Assembly: GCA_964637135.1 (NCBI GenBank)
Contig: CAZWTX010000008.1
Coordinates: 62,001 to 88,155 of the forward strand
Direction: 5' to 3'
DNA: 26,155 nt
Origin: an uncultured Methanospirillum sp.
GTDB taxonomy: Archaea; Halobacteriota; Methanomicrobia; Methanomicrobiales; Methanospirillaceae
Position numbers and translations under genes: made by a program. Positions 1 to 9,300 of the stretch are shown here, in pieces. Below the pieces are notes generated by a model. The model ran no database searches. It was not told the origin of the DNA and was given only the letters and a program-made list of their open reading frames with translations. The number at the start of each line of letters is the position of its first letter. The stretch's first letter is position 1.

Positions 1-903
1 CAACCCGGAGAAGATCTCAAGGGTATACCTGAGCCGTTTTGCGGCGATCCGCATCGCATGATGGTCATGTATCCGGCTCTCATCGGCAAGTGAGGATTCG
101 TGCCAGAGGAACTCCTCAGTCCGTATCATAATCTGGATGAATGCCTGTTGATACAGGTATATCCCGGTTCTTTCTCCTGATTCAAGAATTCCTCTCACTC
201 GTATCCCGTGGAGACAGGTCGTCATATCCCCGATGATCCCGCTTTCAAGGGTTCTTCCGGTAATCTCGACGAGATCAGGCTGGATATCCCGGCGTTCCTG
301 CACAAGCCTGAGAAGGAGACATTCAAGTCCCGGACGGGCCGGATCCGGGGGAAGTGCCAGAACGGTATCCGGTTCATGACCAGCATCCACTGCAGGCTCC
401 GGCTTTTTGCGCCGGGGTATGAAGCGTCGGATCCGGGAGAGGATAGCCTGACGCAGACGGGTCTCTTCTTCATGGTGACTGATGATAACAGCTGTATCAT
501 TGCCCGTGCCTGTCGGTGTCTCACCTGCAGATGAAAACAGGCCTGGCAGAGCCGGGGATGTGCCCCGACGCCTGAGAAGGTACTCTCTGATAAACGCGAT
601 CTGAACGTCAAGATCGCGTGCCCGTCCAAGTGAACGGGTTATCTCCTTTATCTCCCTGTTCCATCGTTTCCGTTGTTTGTCCGGAAGGCATGGTGCAAAG
701 ATGGGTATGGCTGCCCTGAGCCGTCTTGTCGCAACCCTGCTCCGGTGCACGTATTCGATATCATCCCCGGATTGCACTCCTTCAAGTTCATGGTTGAGAT
801 CATGGAGAAGCGGGATCATTACCCCGGCACCGTATGAGCAAAAACCGGTGTCCAGGCAGATGTTTTCCAATTCAGGGTGATCATTCATGTTCTGATCCTG
901 CAT
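1..903 (-). CDS. CHAD-domain protein (polyphosphate-binding family), 3'-truncated by window edge
   Basis: Hand translation from ATG at 903 (alternative ATG at 888) is open to position 1: MQDQNMNDHPELENICLDTGFCSYGAGVMIPLLHDLNHELEGVQSGDDIEYVHRSRVATRRLRAAIPIF...ITRSLGRARDLDVQIAFI...DHHAMRIAAKRLRYTLEIFSGL. Both CHAD half-motifs (HxxRVxxRRLRA with LGxARDLDV, and HxxRIxxKRLRY) are present. It is missing from the ORF track because there is no stop codon inside the window. Confidence 0.9.
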   Translation of the reverse strand, partial: MQDQNMNDHPELENICLDTGFCSYGAGVMIPLLHDLNHELEGVQSGDDIEYVHRSRVATRRLRAAIPIFAPCLPDKQRKRWNREIKEITRSLGRARDLDVQIAFIREYLLRRRGTSPALPGLFSSAGETPTGTGNDTAVIISHHEEETRLRQAILSRIRRFIPRRKKPEPAVDAGHEPDTVLALPPDPARPGLECLLLRLVQERRDIQPDLVEITGRTLESGIIGDMTTCLHGIRVRGILESGERTGIYLYQQAFIQIMIRTEEFLWHESSLADESRIHDHHAMRIAAKRLRYTLEIFSGL

Positions 904-984
904 ACAGGTGTTGCTGTCAGTTTCCGTGCCCTTGTTAATATGTATTTCTCTTAAGTTCTCAATATTCACGCCACCAAATATATT

Positions 985-1398
985 TCAGCCCGGTTCTCCC
1001 GTGACACTGTCGATCTCCGGAACATAGGGCTTGATATCCAGCACTGGTGATCCATCCAGCGCCTCGATTCCTGAAACGGTAATGGTGTTCCCTTCCACGC
1101 TCTCGATCTTTCCGATGGAGAGGGCGATCGGGTTGGGACGGGCAGGAGACCTTGTGGTAAATACCGGGCGTGCCTCATTCCAATCCGTTCTTCTGGCAAA
1201 GAGGGTTTTCCGATCTGCCCGGTCCATCCAGTACAGGATCCAGATATAAGAAATCCCTTCCATTGTTCCGATACCCGGGGCATATGCTTGATCGATCTCA
1301 ACAACCGAGAGCGTATCAGAGCCTCTTCCCTGCCGTGGGGCATCTTTCGGCTCCTTGAAAGGAGCATGGATGGTTCCGATCCGGACAAGGGTAATCAT
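985..1398 (-). CDS. tsaA: TsaA/TrmO-like SAM-binding protein (tRNA m6t6A37 methyltransferase family, single domain, AF0241-like)
   Basis: 137 aa with IGTIHAPFKEPKDAPRQG, VFTTRSPARPNPIALS and IEALDGSPVLDIKPY, which are hallmark motifs of the family. Confidence 0.88.
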   Translation of the reverse strand: MITLVRIGTIHAPFKEPKDAPRQGRGSDTLSVVEIDQAYAPGIGTMEGISYIWILYWMDRADRKTLFARRTDWNEARPVFTTRSPARPNPIALSIGKIESVEGNTITVSGIEALDGSPVLDIKPYVPEIDSVTGEPG

Positions 1399-1696
1399 GT
1401 TCTGATATTGTTATCCGGAAAGATATCAGTATGGCCCGGGTGTCGGATCAGATCAACGCTGGTACGAATCATTATATGCGAATCTTCCCTCATCACAAAT
1501 ACAAATCCTGCTCAGTCATGTGCCGGGAAGTGAACCTGATACGAGTTTTTTCCCGTCATTCCGGTCTGAAACCGGGTCACAATGCGTTCTCTGCACGGCG
1601 GCTCCCCGCCGGCGTGAAGCGGTTCATGGCCATCTGCAGAACGGAGAAGACGGATTCTCACGAGAAGGGTGTATCAAGAAACAAGGTGTTGTAATC

Positions 1697-2194
1697 ATGG
1701 TAATATCAGCCGGAAATGCCATTAGCACTGATGCAGAAAAGGCAGGCAACGAGATCCAGGTTGTTGAGTTCAGCCTGGGAAAGGAGACATTTGCAGTCAA
1801 CCTCTTTGATGTTCGGGAGATCGTTGAAGCTTCACGGATAACGCCTGTTCCCCATGCTGCATCACATATCAAGGGGATCATCGACCTGCGGGGGGAGATT
1901 ACCACTATCGTTGATCTCAAAAAAATACTTCAGATCTCAGAAAAAGAGGTAACAGATGAGGATTCTTCCCGGTTTATTGTTCTTGACGAGAGTGTGACCC
2001 GGGTCAAGACCGGGATCATGGTTGACGATGTCACTTCTGTTCTGAATGTACCGACTTCAGAGATAGACCAGGCAACCCATGACGGGGATTCCTATATTCT
2101 CGGGATCATCAAGAAAGCCACCGGCGATCGGGATGATGTCAAAAAAGAACTGGTGATCTGGATCGATGTCAGGGCCCTCCTTGAGAGCGTGTAA
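1697..2194 (+). CDS. cheW: Chemotaxis coupling protein CheW
   Basis: QVVEFSLGKETFAVNLFDVREIV, ITPVPHAASHIKGIIDLRGEITTIVDL and GIMVDDVTSV match CheW. Start moved from 1520 to ATG 1697, which follows an AAGGTG SD-like site; the upstream extension has no CheW character. Confidence 0.92.
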   Translation: MVISAGNAISTDAEKAGNEIQVVEFSLGKETFAVNLFDVREIVEASRITPVPHAASHIKGIIDLRGEITTIVDLKKILQISEKEVTDEDSSRFIVLDESVTRVKTGIMVDDVTSVLNVPTSEIDQATHDGDSYILGIIKKATGDRDDVKKELVIWIDVRALLESV

Positions 2195-2235
2195 AAAGAC
2201 TGTATCCACATACCTGCAATTTATCAACAGGCTGG

Positions 2236-2272
2236 TTTATCCCTCTGTTTCCCCCTGTTTTTTCTCCCCTGT
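2236..2272 (+). terminator. Pyrimidine/oligo-T tract, putative archaeal terminator after cheW
   Basis: ...ctgtttccccctgtttttttctcccct in the gap between convergent cheW and MBL genes. Confidence 0.4.
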
Positions 2273-2379
2273 ACAGGAGTTCTGGCAACCCTGTCCATGA
2301 CGTTTTTTCCATCGTGCAGTGGTCTCTTCTCCGGGAGGCCGGTATTCGGGACAGATCTGGGAAGCGGGTAGGGTCCGCC

Positions 2380-3126
2380 CTATACCCTGATGACCATATC
2401 ATCCTCACCGATGATGAGTCCGGGAAATCCTGACGTCTTCCTGATTGATCTCCGCAGATCCTTGCTTGTATAGAGATTTGCCGAGAAATGCACCAGGAGC
2501 AGTTGTTTTGCCCCTGCATTTTCTGCAGCACTGATTGCATATTCAGGAGAGAGATGAGGCCATTCCTCGCTGAACTGACCGGGGAGGTTTGAACATTCGG
2601 TGATCAGGAGGTCAGCACCGGCCGCGAGTCGGAGTAATGTCTCGCAGGGGCCGGTATCCGTACAGAATGTTATGATCTTCCCGAGATCAAACCGGTATCC
2701 GTACACCGGCTGGGTATGAACGAGCCATCCGGTTGTCACCGGAAACGGCAGGTACGAAGTTCCGACGGGGAGTTCCCTGATCTCTGTCCGGTACGGGAGG
2801 GCTTGGAGGGGAACGGTGAATGGTAATCCGATAAATCGTGTCAACTCGTCACTTGTCCCCGGTGGGACGCATATCACGAGTCCTTTCGAAAACGAGAGCC
2901 TGCTCAGGGTATGAAGCCCGGAGATATGGTCAAGGTGGAGATGGGAGAGAAAGAGCCATGCCGGGGTGGTGACTTCCGGCCTGAGATCGGCGATCTTGTG
3001 AATACCATCTCCCGCATCGAGGATGATGGTCTGCTCGCCGGTCTCAAGGAGGAGGGAGAGAGTGTTCCCGGTCTGTGATGAGTACCATCCGTTTGTTCCA
3101 AGCAGGGTGATGGTAATGCCGGTCAT
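2380..3126 (-). CDS. MBL-fold metallo-hydrolase, RNase Z/BN-like
   Basis: N-terminal LLGT, DAGDG, SHLHLDHISG (HxHxDH), HTQPVYGYR, TDT, HLS and VHF motifs. At 248 aa it has no apparent tRNA-binding exosite, and TECS replaces HEAT, so it is not called rnz. Confidence 0.8.
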   Translation of the reverse strand: MTGITITLLGTNGWYSSQTGNTLSLLLETGEQTIILDAGDGIHKIADLRPEVTTPAWLFLSHLHLDHISGLHTLSRLSFSKGLVICVPPGTSDELTRFIGLPFTVPLQALPYRTEIRELPVGTSYLPFPVTTGWLVHTQPVYGYRFDLGKIITFCTDTGPCETLLRLAAGADLLITECSNLPGQFSEEWPHLSPEYAISAAENAGAKQLLLVHFSANLYTSKDLRRSIRKTSGFPGLIIGEDDMVIRV

Positions 3127-3137
3127 CTCATCTCCGC

Positions 3138-3731
3138 TTACCCCTGGAGCTGATCCGGCCGGGTGATGGTGAATGCCGGCATCAGCACCTCACCGGATGC
3201 CACGTACGAGCGGGAGAGCGGATCATAACTGACAAAGGTGAGGCCTGAAGTAGTGATCTTCCCGTCTCCAGTGATCAGATCGGAATCGACGATGACATCG
3301 ACAACTTCTGCGATAAACTGAACATGGATACCGATCTCTATCGTGTTCCTGATCCTGCATTCCAGAATGATCGGAAATTCACCGACATACGGTGCATTCA
3401 CGGTTCCGGCTTTGATCGGTGTAAGGCCGGTTACACCAAACTTGTCAGTATCCCGCCCTGAAACAGTTCCGAAAAAGTCAGTCTGTCTGATGAACCGGCT
3501 TGTCGGAATACTGATGGTACATTCTTTCCGGGAGAGGAGGGACTGGTAGGTATATCGTGACGGCTGGACTGAAAAAGCGACACTCAAGGGATTTCCTGAA
3601 CATATCCCTCCCCAGGCAGCGATCATGACATCAGGTCGCATGGCATCGTCGTATGTTCCGATCACCAGCACTGGTGTCGGGATGATTGCCGGTCTGATAC
3701 CGATTGATTGTTTCATGCCTAATAGTGGCAT
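3138..3731 (-). CDS. Flavin reductase family protein (flavoredoxin-like)
   Basis: PTPVLVIGTY, MIAAWGGIC, DFFGTVSGRDTDKF, VNAPYVGEFPIILEC and GIHVQFIAEV. The true start may be ATG 3716 (MKQSIG). Confidence 0.85.
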   Translation of the reverse strand: MPLLGMKQSIGIRPAIIPTPVLVIGTYDDAMRPDVMIAAWGGICSGNPLSVAFSVQPSRYTYQSLLSRKECTISIPTSRFIRQTDFFGTVSGRDTDKFGVTGLTPIKAGTVNAPYVGEFPIILECRIRNTIEIGIHVQFIAEVVDVIVDSDLITGDGKITTSGLTFVSYDPLSRSYVASGEVLMPAFTITRPDQLQG

Positions 3732-3767
3732 GATATCCGGGATAAAAGATGGGAGATATCCTGTGAT

Positions 3768-4313
3768 CTAACTCTTCTTCTCTGTCAGAGGTGACGATAC
3801 CTGCCTGACACTGATCTCATCGCTGGTCGTTGCGTTGTATATGTAATTGCCCTTGAATACCACCCTGAGTTTTTCCGAGGGTGATGAGGGCGGGCGGTAG
3901 AAGGAATACGTCCCGTTCTGCGTGGTGCTCACGGTTTTGAGAAATCCGAACGGTCCCGGCCGTGCTCCCGCTTTTGTCGATTCAAGGGTGATGACTTTGT
4001 TCCCGAGAGGTTCCCCACCCTTGGTGGTAAGTGTTCCGGTGATGAAGAATCCCTCATCAGCTCCCGGGTTTTCAGGTGATAGGGTCAGGGTGATCGTTGT
4101 CGGGATCAGATCCTTATCCCCGGTTGCAGCTCCTGACGCATTTCCGATGAAACAGAGCGCTATGATACTGATAATGGCAATGAATCGCCATCCATATCCC
4201 TCGCTGGAAGATAAACCCTTCATACCATCTGATAGTGCGTTCAGGTTCATCAGGTTGTCTGTCTGATGCTGTGTCCCGGATCTGTACCTGAATTGGCTTG
4301 TTATCCTCTTCAT
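3768..4313 (-). CDS. Secreted/surface protein with one Ig-like beta-sandwich domain
   Basis: Hydrophobic signal segment (WRFIAIISIIALCFIGNASGA), then PTTITL...ITGTLTTKGGEPLGNKVITLE...TTQNGTYSF...VVFKGNYIYNATTS, typical of archaeal Ig-like repeats, with NxS/T sequons. Start uncertain: 4313 (ATGA overlap with the upstream kinase stop), 4250 or 4223. Confidence 0.6.
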   Translation of the reverse strand: MKRITSQFRYRSGTQHQTDNLMNLNALSDGMKGLSSSEGYGWRFIAIISIIALCFIGNASGAATGDKDLIPTTITLTLSPENPGADEGFFITGTLTTKGGEPLGNKVITLESTKAGARPGPFGFLKTVSTTQNGTYSFYRPPSSPSEKLRVVFKGNYIYNATTSDEISVRQVSSPLTEKKS

Positions 4314-6247
4314 GAGCGGTCATCGCTGATATCCGGGATCTTTTCCTGGTAACGCCAGTTTCCTGCAGGAATCCGGATCTCGAACAATGCTCCGTCTCCC
4401 TCCTCACCGATCTCATGGATTGTAATATCCGTGATCGAGAGGATCTCCCGTGTAAGAAAGAGCCCGAGTCCGGTATTTTTACCATATCCCCTCTCGAATA
4501 TCCGCTCCTTCTCTCCGGGAGCAATGCCGTTCCCGTTATCGGCAATGGTCAGAATCCCTGTCGAACCTTCCTGGTTAAATCCGATCCTGATCCAAGTGAG
4601 CTTATCGCCGTACCGGATCGCATTTTCGATAAGATTGTAGAGAACCTTCTCAAAAAGGGGATCTGCGTACATCTCGATCCCGGCGATATCATTGATGATT
4701 TCACCATCCCAGGCAATCTCACCGGCCAGGTGATCCAGAATCTCCCCGGGTTTTTGCCATTCAGCAGCCTGAACCCCGAGATTCTGGTAATCACGGGTAA
4801 ATTCGATCTGACCCCTGATCGCTCTGGATGTCTCATCTATCCGGTCGATGGTACTGAGGATATCCGGATCACTCGTCTGATCCCTGAGCAGATCATTGAG
4901 GGTAAAGAGAATGGTTAGTTTGTTCAGGATGTCATGGCGGGTGATCTGGGAGAGGAGATTGAGTTTTCTGTTTGCTTCGTGAAGGGATTGCTCGATCTGT
5001 TTCAGGTTATTGATGTCAGTGTGGGTTCCGACCATTCTGATCGGCATACCATCCTCGTCCCTGATAACGGCATTTCCCCGGGAGAGGATCCATTTCCAGG
5101 TTCCGTCAGCAGTCTTCATCCGGTATTCAACGGAGTATTGATCATCCGGGTTTCTGAAGTGGTTGTCAAGGGCAGTCAGTACCGCCGGGAGATCCTCAGG
5201 GTGGATAAGACTGATCCAGTTGTTATAACTGGCCGGAAAGGAATCAGGATCATAACCGAGCATGGAATAGTACCGGGGGCTGAAATATGTCCTGCCTGAC
5301 TGAACATCCCAGTCCCAGAGCCCGTCGCTGGCACTCTCGAGAGCCATGTTCAGCCGCTCCTCGCTTCTCCTGATTCTCTCCTGGTTCTCAGAGAGTTCGA
5401 GAAAACTTGCTTTCAGTTCCTCCTCGGCAGCGGTAAGTTCTTCAACCATCGACCCCAGTTGATCATTCTTGCTCCGGATCTCCTCCTCCATGCGTTTCCT
5501 GTCGGTAATATCCGTGAATATCGTTGCAAACCGGTTCGACCCCCAGGGAGTTACCGAGATCTGAAAATACTTCTCCATCGGAGGATAGGTGACATCGAGG
5601 TGACTAGGTGTTCCGCTCTTACAAACGCTAACGTATTCTGAGAAGAAAGGGGGTTCAAAGGCACCATATGCTTCTGTTGCCAGTTTTCCGATGACATCAT
5701 CCCTTTTAAGGTCAAGAATTTCTTCGTATCTGGGATTAACATCAAGAATCCGGTAATTTACCGGCTCACCGTCGATATCAAGGACGAGCTCATGCAGGGC
5801 AAGCCCTTCATTCATGTTATTGAATATATTCTGAAGATCGCTCTCCCGGTTTTTCAGGATATCCCTGAAATGGTGCTCTTCATCAGCTATCCTGATCCGG
5901 TGGGAAAGTTCGGTAAACTGGGACTTCGGATCCCCTCCTTTCTGGAGGTAATAGGTCACTCCCTCGTTGATCGCCCGAATCGCGACTTCCTCTCTTCCCT
6001 TACCGGTAAAGAGGATGAACGGGATGTCACCGTGAATACTTCTTACCTGGTGAAGGAATGAAATCCCGTCCATTCCTGGCATATCATAATCGCAGACGAT
6101 TACATCGGCACTCTGCGATTTCAGGAATTCTGACGCTTCTGTTGCAGATTCCGCGGTTTTTACCTGGATACCTCCGCTTCGCTCGAGAAACTGCCTGCAG
6201 ATGTCGAGTAGTACGGGTTCATCATCAATACAAAGGACTGTTATCAT
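4310..6247 (-). CDS. Hybrid sensor: receiver + 2 PAS + histidine kinase
   Basis: Receiver (VLCIDDE, CDYDMPGMDG, FTGKG, YLQK), PAS, coiled coil (EELTAAEEEL), PAS_3 (GLWDWD...IHPED...EYRMK...WKWILSRG), H-box ITRHDILNKL, N-box YNLIENAIRYG, G-boxes DNGNGI and GLGLF. Start set at ATG 6247 behind CAGGAG. Confidence 0.92.
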   Translation of the reverse strand: MITVLCIDDEPVLLDICRQFLERSGGIQVKTAESATEASEFLKSQSADVIVCDYDMPGMDGISFLHQVRSIHGDIPFILFTGKGREEVAIRAINEGVTYYLQKGGDPKSQFTELSHRIRIADEEHHFRDILKNRESDLQNIFNNMNEGLALHELVLDIDGEPVNYRILDVNPRYEEILDLKRDDVIGKLATEAYGAFEPPFFSEYVSVCKSGTPSHLDVTYPPMEKYFQISVTPWGSNRFATIFTDITDRKRMEEEIRSKNDQLGSMVEELTAAEEELKASFLELSENQERIRRSEERLNMALESASDGLWDWDVQSGRTYFSPRYYSMLGYDPDSFPASYNNWISLIHPEDLPAVLTALDNHFRNPDDQYSVEYRMKTADGTWKWILSRGNAVIRDEDGMPIRMVGTHTDINNLKQIEQSLHEANRKLNLLSQITRHDILNKLTILFTLNDLLRDQTSDPDILSTIDRIDETSRAIRGQIEFTRDYQNLGVQAAEWQKPGEILDHLAGEIAWDGEIINDIAGIEMYADPLFEKVLYNLIENAIRYGDKLTWIRIGFNQEGSTGILTIADNGNGIAPGEKERIFERGYGKNTGLGLFLTREILSITDITIHEIGEEGDGALFEIRIPAGNWRYQEKIPDISDDRS

Positions 6248-6285
6248 CCAGGCTCCTGAAAACCGGCGTATACTGTCAGCTCCTC

Positions 6286-6315
6286 CCCAATTGATAATAA
6301 GATTTATCATATGGG
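6286..6315. promoter_or_regulatory. Palindromic element in the divergent promoter between the two hybrid kinases
   Basis: CCCAATTGATAA-taagat-TTATCATATGGG: a perfect TGATAA-N6-TTATCA core with 10/12 arm matches, inside an 85-bp intergenic region. Confidence 0.5.
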
Positions 6316-6332
6316 AAAGAAGACAGGCGGGT

Positions 6333-9300
6333 ATGATCGCTGTCCTCTTCGTGGATGACGAACCGGTATTACTTGATATAGGGCGTATTTACCTGGAGCG
6401 TACCGGTTCTTTCACGGTAACCGTGGCAGATTCCGGAAGGGCAGCACTGAATGCGATGAAAACCGGGATATTTGATGTCATCGTCTCTGATTATGAGATG
6501 CCAGGCATGAATGGGATCTCTCTCCTCAAAGAGATTCGGGAAAGCGGTGATGATATTCCTTTTATTCTCTTCACCGGGAGGGGCCGCGAAGAGGTAGCCG
6601 GTGAAGCCCTCAACCAGGGTGCCGCATTTTATATTCTCAAAGGGGGCGATCCCCGGGCCCAGTTCGCCGAACTGGAACATAAAATTCTCACGGCGGTTGA
6701 TCATCACCGCGGTATTACTGCACTCCGTGAATCTGAACAACGGCTTGCCGATATCATAAATTTCCTCCCTGATGCCACCTTTGCAATTGATCGGTCAGGA
6801 ACGATCATCGCGTGGAACAGGGAACTTGAGCGGATGACAAAAAAGACCGCCGGGGAGATGGTTGGCCGGGGTAACCATGCATATGCCATTCCCTTTTATG
6901 GAAAATCCCGAAAGATGCTTGTTGATCTGGTTTTTTCACCAGATCCATCCGTTGAAGCCCGGTACCTTGAATTTTCCCGTGATGCAAACCTTGTTGTTGC
7001 CGACAGTATCATCAGCGACCTCACTGATTCACCCCGGTACTTCCGTTCACGTGCCTCGATCTTCTATGATTCTGGCGGCCGGCCGGCCGGGGCGATTGAG
7101 AGTCTCCGCGATATCACCGACCAGAAGATGAATGAACTTCGTCTCCGGGAAAGTGAGGAGAAACTCAGGGTTGTTACCGATTATACTCCTGACTGGGAAA
7201 TCTGGGAAGATCCCCTGAACGGTATCATCTATATATCTCCGTCCTGTGAGCGGATAACCGGCTATTCACCCGCCGAATTCATCGGGAATCCCTCCCTCAT
7301 TGATGAGATCATTCATCCAGATGACCGGGAGAAATGGACGATGCACCGGGAAGTGACACTGCATAGGCAGCTGGGAGAAGAACTGGATGTCAGGATCAGA
7401 ACGAAATCCGGCGAGGTGAGATGGATAAACCATGCCTGCGGCCCTGTCTTCTCGACGAATGGTCAGTATATCGGCCATATTGCAAGTAATCATGACATTA
7501 CCGACCGGATCTATGGTGAGAATGCCATCCGGGAATCGCAGGCAAGAATTCACCAGGTAATCCAGTACCTGCCTTTCCCGCTCCTCTTCTTCCATGTTGA
7601 CACGAATGATGTTGTTCTCTTCACCGGTGCAAATCCGGCTGCAGGAATGATCCTGGGAAAAGCGATCCCCTTTCTTATCGGGCGGGAGATTGGAGATATC
7701 GTGCCGGGGAATGATGTTCATATGCTTGCACAGGCATGCCGCGATGGAGCCACCCAGGAAGAAAACCGGCATGTAGATGCATTTCGGATTAACCCGGATG
7801 AAAATTCCACGGTATACGCGGTCGACATCGTTCCCTGCGGGAAAAAAATGGTAGCAGCAGTTTTTCATGAGATCTCCACCATGACCTCTGGTATGGAGGC
7901 CGGATCGTCTTATCCCCGGGCATCCGGCAATTCCGCGATTTCGTATCTTTCCTGTGAGAAATGCCGTGTCCTCATCGATCAGACACGGGAACTGATTGCC
8001 GTAACCAGGGATCGGAACATCGTCTATGCCAACCGGCGCTTTTCAGAAGCTGTTCTTGGCACTGGGGAGAATGCCCGCGGGCACATCCTCACCGGATTTT
8101 TTGTTCCGGAGGATCGCTACTTCCTTGAGGACGAGGTTTTTTCAGGTTCCCCGGCAGAATGGAGTTCCCAAAACCCTGTCCGCATGACCGGTTCATCCGG
8201 TCTCTTCTGGGTCAATCTCCATGCCACGAAGATCAGTTGGGAGGAAGAGGAGGCTGTGCTCTTCTTTTTTTCAGATGTAACATCGCAGGTGACCGCCCAT
8301 CTTTCCCTCCTGGAGAGTGAACAAAACCTCTCCGGGATCATCGACTTCCTTCCGGACCCGACCCTGGTCATTGATACAACAGGGAGAATACTCTTCTGGA
8401 ACCGGGCAATCGAGGAGATGACCGGGGTTAAAAGTGAAGAAGTCCTTGGGAAGGGCGATTTTCAGCACGGACTGGCATTTTACGGGGAAAAACGCCCGAT
8501 GCTCATCGATCTCATCCAGCGTCCGGATGAGGATATAGCATCCCGGTACTCGATCCATGTGAGAGATGCTGACCTGCTCGTTGCCGATACCAGGGTGAAG
8601 TTTCATGGAGAGGATCGGGTACTCTGGGGAAAGGCAGTCCTTCTCCGGAACTCCTCAGGTGAGGTGACCGGGGCAATTGAGACGATCCGTGACATCACCG
8701 AGAGGATCCGAACACAGGAAGCGCTCCGGGAGGCAAACAAGAAACTCTCCCTTCTCTCACAGATCACCCGTCATGACATCAGGAACAAACTCACCGGCCT
8801 GTTTGGGTATCTCGATCTTGCCGAAGACAATATGACAGATCCTGAGATCACCCCTCTTCTCTTGCGGATCAGGGAGATAGCGGTCTTTATACTGCGTCAG
8901 ATCGAGATGACCGGGGAGTATCAGTCTATCGGGGCCGGAGATCCGGTATGGCACCCGGTGAGGGATGCATTCATCGGTGCGGCCGGATCCATACCGGCAG
9001 AAGGCATCTCTTTCTCCTACACCGGTGATTACTACGAGATACTGGCCGATCCCCTTATTGATAAGGTTTTTTACAATCTCCTGGAGAACGCCATACGTCA
9101 TGCACACGGCCTTTCCCGGATATCCTGCAGTTGCCGCGAGGAGGAGAGGAATCTGCTCATCCATGTTGAGGATGACGGGCCGGGAATAACTAATGCCATG
9201 AAGGAGAAGATCTTTGAACGGGGAGTGGGATCAGGAACCGGAATGGGCCTCTTCCTGGTACGGGAGATCCTCTCCATCACCGGTATCATGATTCAGGAGA

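Noticed and set aside
208..880. ORF-track entries 208..534, 222..629 and 677..880
   Set aside because: All overlap the real CHAD gene (903 to <1, minus strand), which has clear family motifs.
1402..1429. CTGATAT-N14-ATATCAG before tsaA and GATATC pairs before the flavin reductase gene as a shared operator
   Set aside because: Spacers differ and GATATC is frequent throughout the window.
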